Below, piece by piece: positions 1-11,200 of a stretch of DNA of 64,000 nt. The stretch comes from Zancudomyces culisetae HAW-14-8 (Eukaryota; Fungi; Kickxellomycota). Position numbers and translations under genes: made by a program. The stretch is taken from positions 496,001-560,000 of the forward strand of contig JBNJNM010000013.1 in NCBI GenBank assembly GCA_052426225.1. The letters are read 5' to 3'. Positions within the stretch are counted from its first letter, which is position 1; the number at the start of each line of letters is the position of its first letter. A model generated the notes under the pieces. The model did not search any database and was not told the DNA's origin. It saw nothing but the letters and a program-made list of their open reading frames with translations.

Positions 1-529
1 TTTTCTCTCACTTGCTTTTTAAATTCCGCAAAATCTTTTACAAACTTTCTCAATGTCTCCACAAATTGTGTCTCTAAAATCTTGCGCGTATTATCTGCCA
101 ATTCCTTTTCTTCTTTTTCCTTTGTTGTCATTTCTTTTTCTTTTTCTTTGATTTTTTCCTCTTTTTTATCACCACCAAACAACATATCTTTAAGTTTTTG
201 CCTATCTGCCTCTTTCTTTTCTCTTTCCTTCTCTTTTTCCTTTTCTAATTCTTTCTGTCTCTCTCTTTCCCTTTCTAATTCTTTCTCCCTTTCTTTCTCC
301 CTTTCAATCATTTCCTTTTGTTTATTTTGTACAAACCCAGTCGTCTTTGGAATCAACAACCCTGATTTCTTTACTTCTTGATCATCTACTTCTTTTTGTT
401 CCTTTACTCCTTGTGTTCCAAAAATCGAACTTGTCGGTTTACCAAATACCGATCTCTTGACTTCAACCTTTTCGTTTATCTTTCCACTATTTCTTTCAAC
501 TTTACATGTTTCTATTGATCCCATTTCAA

Positions 530-560
<31 letters not shown>

Positions 561-2996
561 CTCGCTCTCACTTCCACTTTCACTTTCATTCTCAATAATT
601 TTCTCTATTGCCTTTATCGACTCTTGTTCTTTTACTATTTTAGGTTCTATCTTTGTTTCTGTTTTAGGTTCTGTTTTAGGTTCTGTTTTAGGTTCTATCG
701 TTGTTGTTGTTGTTGTTGTTGTTGTTGCTGTTCCAAATGGTTTACTACTACCTTGTCCAAATATAGATTGTCTAGTCCCAAACACTCCCCCACTTCCACT
801 TCCACTTCCATTTCCAATTCCATTCGCATCAGCTTGCCCAAAAACCGATGTCTTTCCACTCCCTTCTCCTCCCCCTTCTTTTACTTGGCTCCCAAATGTC
901 GTTGTTCCTCCTACTCCTACTCCTCCTCCTACTCCTCCTCCTCCTCCAAATATTGACATTGCTGATTCTCCAAACACTGCTGGTTTCGAAAATGGATTCG
1001 CCTCTGTACTTCCACTACTTGCCACACTTGTTTTTCCAAATGCTGTTGTTGCCCCAAACGCTGGTGCTGCAGCCTGTCCAAACCCTGTCGGTTTCCCAAA
1101 CGTTGGTGCTTGTCCCGGAGTAGTCGCTTGTCCAAATGTTGGTTTAGAACTTTGCCCAAATGCCGTTGTTGCCCCAAATGCTGGTTTAGATCCTTGTCCA
1201 AACGCTGTTGTTGCCCCAAACGCTGGTGCTGCAGCCTGCCCAAATCCTGTAGGTTTCCCAAACGTTGGTGCTTGTCCCGGAGTAGTCGCTTGTCCAAACG
1301 TTGGTTTCGAGCCTTGTCCAAATGCCGTTGTTGCCCCAAATGCCGGTTGACTTTGGTTTTGACTTTGGGGTTGAGTTGATCCGTGTGTTTGAGTTTGAGT
1401 TTGAGTTTGAGATTTAAGTGATTCGAAAATCGATCCTTTTGCAAAAGCCGGTGCTGCACTACCTCCAAACCCTCCTCCAAATCCACCTCCAATTCCAAAT
1501 GATCCTGTGGATACTCCAGTACTGGGTTGAGTATCAGTCGTTTCCATATCTCCTTGACTTTGAATTTGACTTTGACTTTGACTCTGACTACCTTGTGTTC
1601 CAATTGACAACATACTTGGTTGTGCAACCATTTTAGAATATTGTAACCCCTTTTCAGCCTCATTTGCATTGATAATATGGTATCCAAATATTACTCCGTC
1701 TGTATTTAGAATCCACAAAATCGGCACTGGCTTCACTTTTTCTTCACTCTCCTCTGGTCTTAATGGTGGCAAAAACAGTCCTGATGTCAAATCAATCGCC
1801 ATTCCCAACACCGATGTCTCTGATTCCTCTACAACTTTGCTACGTGGAACAATTGCTCTTTTATCCTCATCCAACGTACACAACTTCCACTGATTACCAC
1901 CTTTAATTCTTCCCACTACCACAACATCCGTTCCTGCTGATTCTGTAATACATAGTAGCCCTTCATGCCCTTCTCCATATCCCAATAAATCCATAATATA
2001 ATGTTTTGGTCCTCGTGAAGTTATCCCCCATGGTATACATGGATCCTCACACCCATACATCTCCAGCCTGGAATTCTTGTCCGCCTGTGTCACAAAATAG
2101 AACGTATATCCATGTGCCCAGTTCTCAAAGTCGCTAATACTACCCCAGGTATTTCCAACCACTGCAAAGAAACTATAGTTATCTACCCAATGTAACCCCA
2201 AAACCGCACTCTTGTACTCTTCTGCTTCATCTAGCGGCAGTTTGATAATCCGTTTTACTTGTCCGTTCGGTAGATATGTCTTTATGTACCCATTCTTTGT
2301 TCCACATGCTATCTGCTTTCCCTTTTGCGACCAACACATACTGCTAATCTCCCCCGACTCTCCAAACTCTCCTATCTGTACCCTTGTATCGCCATCAAAC
2401 ACTTTTACCATCCCACTTTCTAGCAACACTGCTATCGAATTATTCCCCTCGCTTGGGTTAGGAAGTATATCTATGATTTGTGAATACGATTTCCACGAAC
2501 CAACCGCAGCAGCACTCCCACTAGCCAAATCCTGTGCCCTGAACAACTGTACGACTCCTTTATTTCCCACTGCCAGGACCCTGTCCCCCCCTGCAACCAC
2601 TCGAATGTGCGTAATTGTTCCAAGTTCTGCTGTATTCACTCTTGAGCTCTTCTTCTCCCCAAACTCCACCAACCCGTTATTATTTTCACTGCTGTCCTCA
2701 CTCAGTATTCGCTGTGCAGTTCGTGTGCTCATATATACTATTTCCTCGCCTTTTGCTGCAACAAGGTACCCAAATTTGTTGCTGATATCAAGGTAATTTC
2801 CAAATGCCGGCGTTGCTGCATTGCTAATATCTATTCCTCCCTCAAATATTTTTAGAGCCTTATCCTTGTTTATTTCTCGCATTTCAACATACTCTAGATT
2901 TTGCTCCTCCAAGGGTTGGTTTGATCCTGTTTCTATAGGCACATTTCCACCAGCACTCATAGCACCCTTAAGTTGTGCCGAAAAACCATCAAACAT
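1..2996 (-). CDS. NUP159: FG-repeat nucleoporin Nup159/Nup214/Nup146-like (3' part beyond window edge)
   Basis: Hand translation from ATG at 2996 (MFDGFSAQLKG...) is open to the window edge; it is absent from the ORF track because no stop is reached. It has an N-terminal beta-propeller-like region (ISNKFGYLVAA, SMCWSQKGKQIACG, PVPILWILNTDG), then many FG repeats (PAFGATTAFGQ, PTFG, SIFG, SVFG), then a charged coiled-coil region. Confidence 0.88.
1036..1345 (-). repeat. Tandem 162-bp (54-aa) duplication in the FG-repeat region
   Basis: cccggagtagtcgc occurs at 1114 and 1276; the two units are near-identical with mostly synonymous differences. Confidence 0.9.
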
Positions 2997-3829
2997 GATT
3001 TTTTTTTTTTCCTTTTTCCTTTTTCCTTGTTGTCTGGATTTTAATTTAAATGTTTCTTTTTCTTATAGTTGTTGATTTGGATATGATGAGTATAAAAGTA
3101 ATAGGTAATACCTTTTATACTTTTTAAAAAATAAAAAAAAAACAAAAGTATAAATGTTATAATTTATCCCTACTTTATTATATCTTGCCTCTATTTTCTT
3201 CTTTTACTTTTACACAATTTGATTTGTATATTGATTTGTTTCTAAACAATTTACGATTGTTTATAAATATACCATTCTATTTTCGTTTCTTGTAGAAAAT
3301 CACCAATTTAATAAAATAAAATTTTTTTTATTTCATTTCATTTCATTTACATTAGTTATATTGCAAGTCTTAAATCAAAACATAAAACGAAAACACAAGT
3401 TAAACTAGACAACAAAGTCAGAAAAAAAAAAAGAAAAATTAGCCGGACGAACTCCGTGCAATCATTTGCTTTTTTTTTCTTTTTCTTTTTCTTTTTCTTT
3501 ATGTTCAGTAAAAAAAAAATTGTAAAAACGCATTTTATGTTTGTTTTCAAATCCCACGATTTTTTCCCATGTTTACGCTCCATTTTAATATTGATGCATA
3601 TTCAAAACTAGTATTTACTTTACAATCAAATATATAGTAAATAAATACTAGCACAAGACCTAATTTGTGCTCTAAATCGGGTCAATTTGTCTCTTGAAAT
3701 TAATATAATTGATACTCTTGTTAGCAAGACCCAATATTTCTTGGGCTGAAGCATGTAAATATAGATATAAAGAAAAGAAAAAAAAGAAAAGAAAAGAAAA
3801 GAGAATATAAAAACGGATACATTTATAAC

Positions 3830-6800
3830 ATGTCGTATTTGAAATACCTTCTCCAACCAGAAAACCTAATTGTCGACTTTGGAGCTCAAGATTTACACGG
3901 TGTCGGACGATCCCATCCAAAATACAACGAGGCTTGTGAACTTCTACGCAGGTTTGCACATCCCAACAATCTTGGACTGTTTGTGGTCAATATAAATGCC
4001 AGTAATACAAAAAGAACAAATTCAAACGTTTCACCATCACAAAAGAATCTGGAAAGGGTCTTGACTGAGGAAGCTAATGAAAAGACAACTGTTGAAACAC
4101 CCAATAATGCGAACGACAAGTACAACTTTGGTCCATCAACTCCCCAATCTCCTGGTATGTTTGATTCGCTTTATGAGGACGATGGAGAAAATTTGGAAGA
4201 TCAAAAGAGAGAATCTATGGATATAGACACCGAAAAATCGGTAGAGCCGAGTGGACGTACACCATTTGAAAAAAATATGCCTATTAGCCAGTATTCCATG
4301 ATACAAAGAAACAAGAAGACAGGACTTCCGCTGAAAAAGTTAAAAGACGGACTAGAGCCAAGCATATGGGGGCACGGTATGAGACCCAAAAGCGAACGAA
4401 ATCTTGTTGCAGCAATCGAACTGATTAAACTCATACAGTTTGAAGTACCTGATATTGAGGCACTGGTTCATTCAGCAGTGCGGCATGTTTTGTTTATGTA
4501 TCTAGTAGAAAAGGCGGACGATTATATTGGTGAAAAAACACTGTGGGAAAAAAGAGTATCAGAAACAAGCGGGATGATGCCAGTGAAAGAATATTGTGAG
4601 TTTGCGTATCATTGGTGGGTTTCCAGGTCGATTTATAGAGAAAAGGCAATGTCCTTTGAGATTAGCTACCAGGTGGAACAGGATGGAGAGTACATTGACG
4701 AAGTGCATACCAAGTATCTTGAACAAGTGGTGGAAGAATTAGGTACAGGTGGGCAAAGTGGAAGAGTGTGTGGGCTTGTTAGCTACGACATTGCGAGAGG
4801 ATATTTTGCTAGAGATCTGATTGAAAAGAGTTTGAAGTCGTTTACCCAGGGTTGTGTGTATTATCCAGAACTCAGAAATATGACGGGTAGAGAACTGACA
4901 CGGTTGGTGGGAGAAAGGGCTACAGTTGGAGAATATATCCAAGGATGCACAAATATACTATCAGTAAAGGCAGATAATGTACAACAGGAACCGGAAACAA
5001 ATGGAAAAGTGTCGCCAGGGAAAACTGACAAAAGTTTGAACTTTCAAACGAACATCAAGGAGGATATTTGGATAGAACAGCTGGGATTAGAAGGGAAATA
5101 TGACTCGGCTATCAGAGAAATGTTGAGAGAATTGGATCAACAACAGACTGTTGCAGAGATTGTTGGGCAAAAGAATACAAAAGATATGTTTTATGGTCTT
5201 ACATTTGGAAACAAAGGAGGACAGATAACCGAGGCACTATGGCGATCGGCAAACTTTGTGCAAGGTATGCGGTTGTTGGAAGAGGACAACTATGGGCAGG
5301 CAGTAACATGGTTAGAGCAAGCAGCGTCGGAAATGGATGAAGCGGGACACCACAAGATTTTTGCAAGCCAGGGAAGTACAACTGCCAATTCGAGTGGCAT
5401 TCCCGGTATGGGCTCTCACTCGTCTGGAAAAGGAGGGAAAGCTACAGAATACACACTGCGAAAAATTATAAAGGAGCAGGCGCTTGCGTATATGCATTTG
5501 GCCAAAGTATTGGATATGGCCAAAGATGTCGAGCTAAACGATGACGAAGGTGATGAAAAAGTAATAACCGATGAATATGGAGGATACAAGACCAGAGGCG
5601 AGGTGCTGGAGGAAATCAAAAAGCACGCAATGTCGGCGCTGAGTCTTGGGAGCAGCGGTAATGCACTTGAAATGGGAATGGGGATGGGGATGGGATTAGG
5701 TCATGGTGGTGGTGATTTCAAGCCGTTTTCGATCAAGTTTGTGTTTTTGGAGCGGTTGGCGCTAACATTAATGCGGTTAGAAATGCAGGATTTGTTTTTT
5801 TATATCTGCGAGAGCATGGCGCCACATCCAATGTATTTCCAACAGCAAAATGATCTAAACATGACGTTGCTGGGTGTGGCAAGTGGGTTGAATTATCTAA
5901 AGAATGTGCTGAGCCAAAGTGGCGTGTTTGATATGAAGCGGATGATCAAAACGACCGAAAATAGTATTTTTTTGTTTTGTAGTGAGGAAAACGACAATTT
6001 TGGACCCGCTGTTACCAAGAATGGTGGTGAGGGAAAGAATAGCAAGTTTGATTTGCAAATATACACAAAGGAAATGGTGGAAAATATATCAAATGCGTTT
6101 AAAAGCGTATTTGAAAATCTAGTCAAATTGGCTAATGAGGGAAAGAGGTTTAATCGAGAGTTTGACAGGTTTTGTTTTTGGATGAACGATACCAAAATCA
6201 ATATGATGTTGAATGGATTTTTGATGGGATACCTTTGGTCCTTAATAGAAAGTCTTCCATCACCGCCTTCATCATCTATTTCTTCCTCGTTTCCAGCTTC
6301 CACAACGGCAGTACCAACAGCAATAGGGTTAGATTCTGAAATTTTCAATGTTAATAGTAGCGGTGGTGGTACTGGTAGTGGTAGTGGTAGTGGTATATCT
6401 GTTTCATCATCAAACGCACCAGGTTTATCTATAGGAAATACTGGTATTAACCTTTCTTCTACAGACCAACAACAACAGCAACAGCAACAGCAACATTCAA
6501 TTCATCAACAATTTTCATTTATGGGAATAACCAGTGGGAAAAACAATTTTTACAATTTGAAAAAGTTGGGAATCTTTGATGCGTATGGAGTGCTAACATT
6601 TTTAACAGCTTCAATCAAACCACAGACACTAATCTCAACAGACCAACAGCTTGGAAAATCTTCAACAGAGCCGATTTTAGGTTTGAAAAATACTCTTGTG
6701 AGCAACAGTACTATAATGCAAAATTGTCCAATTCTATTTAATAATCTAGTTTTGTATTTACAACAACAACAACAACTGCAGCAGCAGCAACAACAACAAC

Positions 6801-8143
6801 AACAACATCGTGGACATGGACATGGACATGGACATGCTAGTTCTGGAATGAGAAACAAGGGTGTATATTCGAGTCAGCAGACAGAGGGTGGGGGAAGTTC
6901 CAGTAATGTTATTAACAATATAGGAATATTGAGTATTGGATCTGGCAGTGGTAGTGGTGGTGGTGGCGGAAGTGGAGGAGGGGGAGGGGGAGGAAGTGGT
7001 GGTGGTGGGAATGTTAATCCTATAAAAAGAATTAAACTGATATTAGATATGGTATCAACGCTGAATTCCAATATTCTTCGGAAAACGCATTACAACAGGG
7101 AGAGCAATGAGGATATGCAGGCAACGCAAGTGAAGAAAAAATACAATTTGACGGCTATTTTGTCATATGCGGACATTATGTTTATTAAAAATGATTTTTA
7201 CGAGTTTTCCAAAAACTTTTTGAATTTTATATACGTGGTAACTGATGGATTTGATGCCCTGAAACTATACGATGCGATATACAACAATATGAATAATATT
7301 AATGGTGGTAAAAGGCAAAGTGAAGTTGGTGAGGTGGGATCAAGTGAGACTAAAAAAAAAAGTGCGACGACGTTTGGTGGTGCAACAAATGGTTCAGAGT
7401 ATAACCAAAGCGATGTTACGCGGTATTTCCACTATTTAATTCGTCAACGGTTTCCGTTATTAATTGCATCGATTGCGAATATAAATTCTGGGTTATCGCT
7501 TTCATCATCTACACCTTTTGTATCGTCAAATTTGCATGAGAATGAGGGGATGATGATGATGGTTGATGGTGGCTCTGGCAAACCGATTCGGTTCAATAAC
7601 TGTAATTATATTGCTGCTGCTGCACTGTCTCAGTATTTGCCATTATCGCTTTTACCTACAAACACTAATCCAAATCCAAATCCAAATTCTGCAGAAACTC
7701 AGTCGGTACAATACAGCTACTCTACTACTTTTCAGTATTTGAAAAGTGCAGTAGTTGATGGACAATTCAATTCCAGCTTTTGTAGTGTTTCTACCAATAA
7801 TGACCAACAGCTCAAGATAAAGGACCACCAAATATTTTCGTTCTTTTGGAATCCAATAATTTGCCAGCAAATTCAATTCCTACTAAATGCCAGCTCCTCA
7901 ACCACAAACTCTGAGCAACTTGCCTCCAACACTAACATTCCTACCCAATTAGTACCTGAACATGTTGCAAGTACTAACCCGAGCATCAATTCTAGTAATA
8001 CCAGCATTAATGGTAATATTGGTGGTATTGGTGGTATACCACGTCTCTTTGAAAATATTTCCAATCTTAAATCTAGCGAAATGGTATATGCAAGAATCAA
8101 TTGTACAGTCGAATTATTTAACTGGTTAATGAAAAACATCTAA
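3830..8143 (+). CDS. INTS8: Probable Integrator complex subunit 8 (INTS8)-like protein, intronless, with polyQ/polyG inserts
   Basis: 1437-aa ORF. Ordered motifs resemble metazoan INTS8: YLKYLLQPE; ERNLVAAIELIKLIQFEVPDIEALVHSAVRHVLFMYL; FAYHWWVSR; and C-terminal LSYADIMF, AAALSQYL..YSTTFQYL, FSFFWNPIICQQIQFL, ELFNWL. Confidence 0.65.
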   Translation: MSYLKYLLQPENLIVDFGAQDLHGVGRSHPKYNEACELLRRFAHPNNLGLFVVNINASNTKRTNSNVSPSQKNLERVLTEEANEKTTVETPNNANDKYNFGPSTPQSPGMFDSLYEDDGENLEDQKRESMDIDTEKSVEPSGRTPFEKNMPISQYSMIQRNKKTGLPLKKLKDGLEPSIWGHGMRPKSERNLVAAIELIKLIQFEVPDIEALVHSAVRHVLFMYLVEKADDYIGEKTLWEKRVSETSGMMPVKEYCEFAYHWWVSRSIYREKAMSFEISYQVEQDGEYIDEVHTKYLEQVVEELGTGGQSGRVCGLVSYDIARGYFARDLIEKSLKSFTQGCVYYPELRNMTGRELTRLVGERATVGEYIQGCTNILSVKADNVQQEPETNGKVSPGKTDKSLNFQTNIKEDIWIEQLGLEGKYDSAIREMLRELDQQQTVAEIVGQKNTKDMFYGLTFGNKGGQITEALWRSANFVQGMRLLEEDNYGQAVTWLEQAASEMDEAGHHKIFASQGSTTANSSGIPGMGSHSSGKGGKATEYTLRKIIKEQALAYMHLAKVLDMAKDVELNDDEGDEKVITDEYGGYKTRGEVLEEIKKHAMSALSLGSSGNALEMGMGMGMGLGHGGGDFKPFSIKFVFLERLALTLMRLEMQDLFFYICESMAPHPMYFQQQNDLNMTLLGVASGLNYLKNVLSQSGVFDMKRMIKTTENSIFLFCSEENDNFGPAVTKNGGEGKNSKFDLQIYTKEMVENISNAFKSVFENLVKLANEGKRFNREFDRFCFWMNDTKINMMLNGFLMGYLWSLIESLPSPPSSSISSSFPASTTAVPTAIGLDSEIFNVNSSGGGTGSGSGSGISVSSSNAPGLSIGNTGINLSSTDQQQQQQQQQHSIHQQFSFMGITSGKNNFYNLKKLGIFDAYGVLTFLTASIKPQTLISTDQQLGKSSTEPILGLKNTLVSNSTIMQNCPILFNNLVLYLQQQQQLQQQQQQQQQHRGHGHGHGHASSGMRNKGVYSSQQTEGGGSSSNVINNIGILSIGSGSGSGGGGGSGGGGGGGSGGGGNVNPIKRIKLILDMVSTLNSNILRKTHYNRESNEDMQATQVKKKYNLTAILSYADIMFIKNDFYEFSKNFLNFIYVVTDGFDALKLYDAIYNNMNNINGGKRQSEVGEVGSSETKKKSATTFGGATNGSEYNQSDVTRYFHYLIRQRFPLLIASIANINSGLSLSSSTPFVSSNLHENEGMMMMVDGGSGKPIRFNNCNYIAAAALSQYLPLSLLPTNTNPNPNPNSAETQSVQYSYSTTFQYLKSAVVDGQFNSSFCSVSTNNDQQLKIKDHQIFSFFWNPIICQQIQFLLNASSSTTNSEQLASNTNIPTQLVPEHVASTNPSINSSNTSINGNIGGIGGIPRLFENISNLKSSEMVYARINCTVELFNWLMKNI

Positions 8144-8150
8144 TGTAACT

Positions 8151-8200
8151 TAACCTAACCTAACCTAACCTAACCTAACATAATATAACCTAACCTAGCC
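8151..8200. repeat. (TAACC)n / (TTAGG)n pentanucleotide array between convergent stop codons
   Basis: Five perfect TAACC units (8151-8175) followed by degenerate copies. Confidence 0.9.
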
Positions 8201-8252
8201 TTAAAAAAAACAAAAGCGCATACGAAAAGTTCTTTGTTATCATTTTAGAAAC

Positions 8253-11200
8253 TTATTTTTTCTTTAGATTTTGGATCTTCTGCTTCATTTCTTTCATATC
8301 TTGGTTTATAGACATTAGTTTTTTAAGTTCAGTGCTAATACGAATCATATATCGAACCTTTTTCGCTCTTCTCCACAATTCTTTTGCTCTAAGACTAGTT
8401 GTATCAACCAATACAATAACATTTTCATTTTCATCACCATTATCACTATTACCACCACTATTGTTACTGTTTGTCGCTAGAGTTCGAGTCTGTTGGAATC
8501 CCACTGTTGGTAACCCCAATTTCTTTTGAAACGGATCGGAAATCTGTTGTTCCTTTGCCAACAGCTGGTTCTCATTGATTTTTTTTATTATCGCCAGACT
8601 TCCACCACAAATCTCCTTGACGTACTTACTAACATAAAAGTAAAATTCATTTTTGTACATCAGAATCCCCAGCTTGTTTTGCTGGTACTCAACCACCTGT
8701 ATGTAATACTTGATATTTCGTTGCGCCCTACGCACCATGTCTTCATAATCTCGCTTCAACTCATTGTATTTTTCCGTAGCCTCCTTGATATTGGTCGTGT
8801 ACACTTTTTTCATACTCTGCATTTGCTCCTCGAGATCGTTCTTGTTTGTCACAACTACTTTTTCCTCGTCATCTAGTTGCTGAACATCCTCTATTTCGCT
8901 CTGAACACTGCTGTCGATTATTTCATAATCGACATAGTCCTCCTGCTTACAAATACGCTGTTTGGATAACACCTTGTGTTTATACACACTCTTTACTCCT
9001 CTTTTTCTTTTTCTTTTTTTTGATTTTTCCGCTCTGTTTTGTTTATGTGCTCTGGCTTTGACCTTAGTTTTGGTCTGGTGATTTTTATCTACCAATCTAG
9101 CTCCAGTAAACAAATCCACAACTTCATTAATTTCAGCCTCTAATTCCTTCACCAAACCTACCACTCTTTCAAACTCTAATTCTACAATTTCATCTTGATG
9201 TGAATGCTCATGTAGTGATTTTCTCATTTCTTGGATCACTAACCCAACCCTTTGTCCCCGTTGATGGATCCACTCGACACCCTTTTCCAACTCTCTTATT
9301 TTAACTATGGTACCTGATTGATCCCAGCTACCATCATCAGCATCAGCATCAGCATCAGCATCAGCATCAAAACCTTCCCCTTTTTCTCCTGTTAATAACA
9401 ATCCCAACTCTCGACGATCAACCCCTTGTCGTACTATATTCACAAACGAGTTGGCCATCTTGACAATCAAACCACCCAATACATCAACCACCTGTGAGGT
9501 CATACTCGTGGCAGTCTCAATTCTTGAGTTGTTTTGGTTTACAAGTTGCAGTATACACTCCTCATTCTCTATACTCTGCTCATAGATTTGGTTTTTCTGT
9601 GCTAAAACCATCGCCAAATGGTCACATAGCTGACTAACCGACTCGAAAAAGTCCTCATTAACGCCCCTAGCATCCCTGGCCAGATTCAAAACACTCAGCA
9701 TACCCAAGCCCCCAGTAAGCGTCATATCCTCCTCATGTACATTCTCCAAGTTTTCTCCTGTCTCTTTTATCGCTTGTTGAGTGTCAGTATTTTTATTGTC
9801 AACCTGGCTTAGCTCATTGCTACTTTCTTTGTTGGTGTACATTGCATTATTCAACCGCTGTATTGATGCACGTACCAATGCCTCGTTTTCAACTCTTAAT
9901 CTGCCTAAATCCAGATGTGCATCATCCAGCATTTTTCGCATACTCATCAACAACCCCTCCATACTTTTGCTATGTTTTTCCAATCGAATATACATTTCAT
10001 TCACCCTAAACAATTCGTGTTCCATATCCTCAACCAATTCAATATTGTTAAAACTAGCACTACCATTGTTGCTATTATTATTACTATTACTGGTGCCAAC
10101 GCTAGTGTTGTTTCTCATAGCGAACCCAAAATCACTTACTCCGCCAATCGACCTGCTACTTGTTTGAGATTCTTTGCTGTATGAATATCCATCTGGTATA
10201 CAACTGCTCCTAAATCCAGCTGAGGAAATGTGGCGACCCTCTGTCATAGTTCTGACTCTTCCCTGTCTCTCCTGCTGGTTAAACGCGGTTTTTGGCTTTC
10301 TATAGTAATCACCATCATTGGAATAAAGATCCTCGGGTGTGGTTTTTATTGATAATGCCTTTCTCGCGTCGTGGTGCGGTTTATCTAATGGTAAAGGCAT
10401 CATACTTTGATTTGGGCCATACAAGCTGTTGTTATCCTCGATCTGTTGCCCTAGTTTCCAACTGGGCAACTTTTTGTGCTCCTGTCTTCCCAACCTCTTG
10501 ACCAATAACGCCCTGTCGCTGTATGCCTTTATCAACATGTCTTTAGATTGTTTATATTCGTTATAACATATGTATATGGCATTGGAAATCTGATCAAACA
10601 AATCAGTTTGGTTTTCGATTGTATCTTGTCTTTGGCCATGTGAAATTAGATTTACTCTGGCTTTTTCCATTTCTAGAGGGCTACTAGCGATATTCTCGAA
10701 ATCAGACAAGTCAACTTCTACATCTTGTCCAAGCATTGCTTTGAGCATCTTTTCGTCTTCTGAAAGCGTTTGGAACTCATTTTCGCCATGTAAATCAATT
10801 GGTTCCTCTCCAAATCCTCTATTCGATACCTTGATGCTTCTTGTGTTGATCCATCCAATCGATGTTTTAAACACTGCGAGTTGGTACAAAACCCGCTTCA
10901 TCATACTGGTAATTGTTGTTTGCGATGCCTTCAACCTTTCCGTTTCTTCAATCATCTTTTCGGTTTTTTTTGCATATTCTATAACTTGTTCCCGTGATTC
11001 TTGCTCATATTCTACTCCAATGTTTCTGTACTTTCGCAACAAATGACTTCTCCTGTTTGGATTTTCCGGTACTATTTGAGAATTTGTGCTGCTAACGTAT
11101 CCCAAATCATCAACTCCTCTCCAATAATCATTTTCAGCCTCATTCTCATTTTCAGCCTCATTCTCATTTTCATTCTCATTTTGATTTTGATTTCCATTTC

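Noticed and set aside
82-3075. Plus-strand ORFs (457-1350, 2212-2796 and others) and the 929-1687 minus-strand ORF
   Set aside because: Shadow or alternative frames of the repetitive Nup159-like gene on the minus strand.
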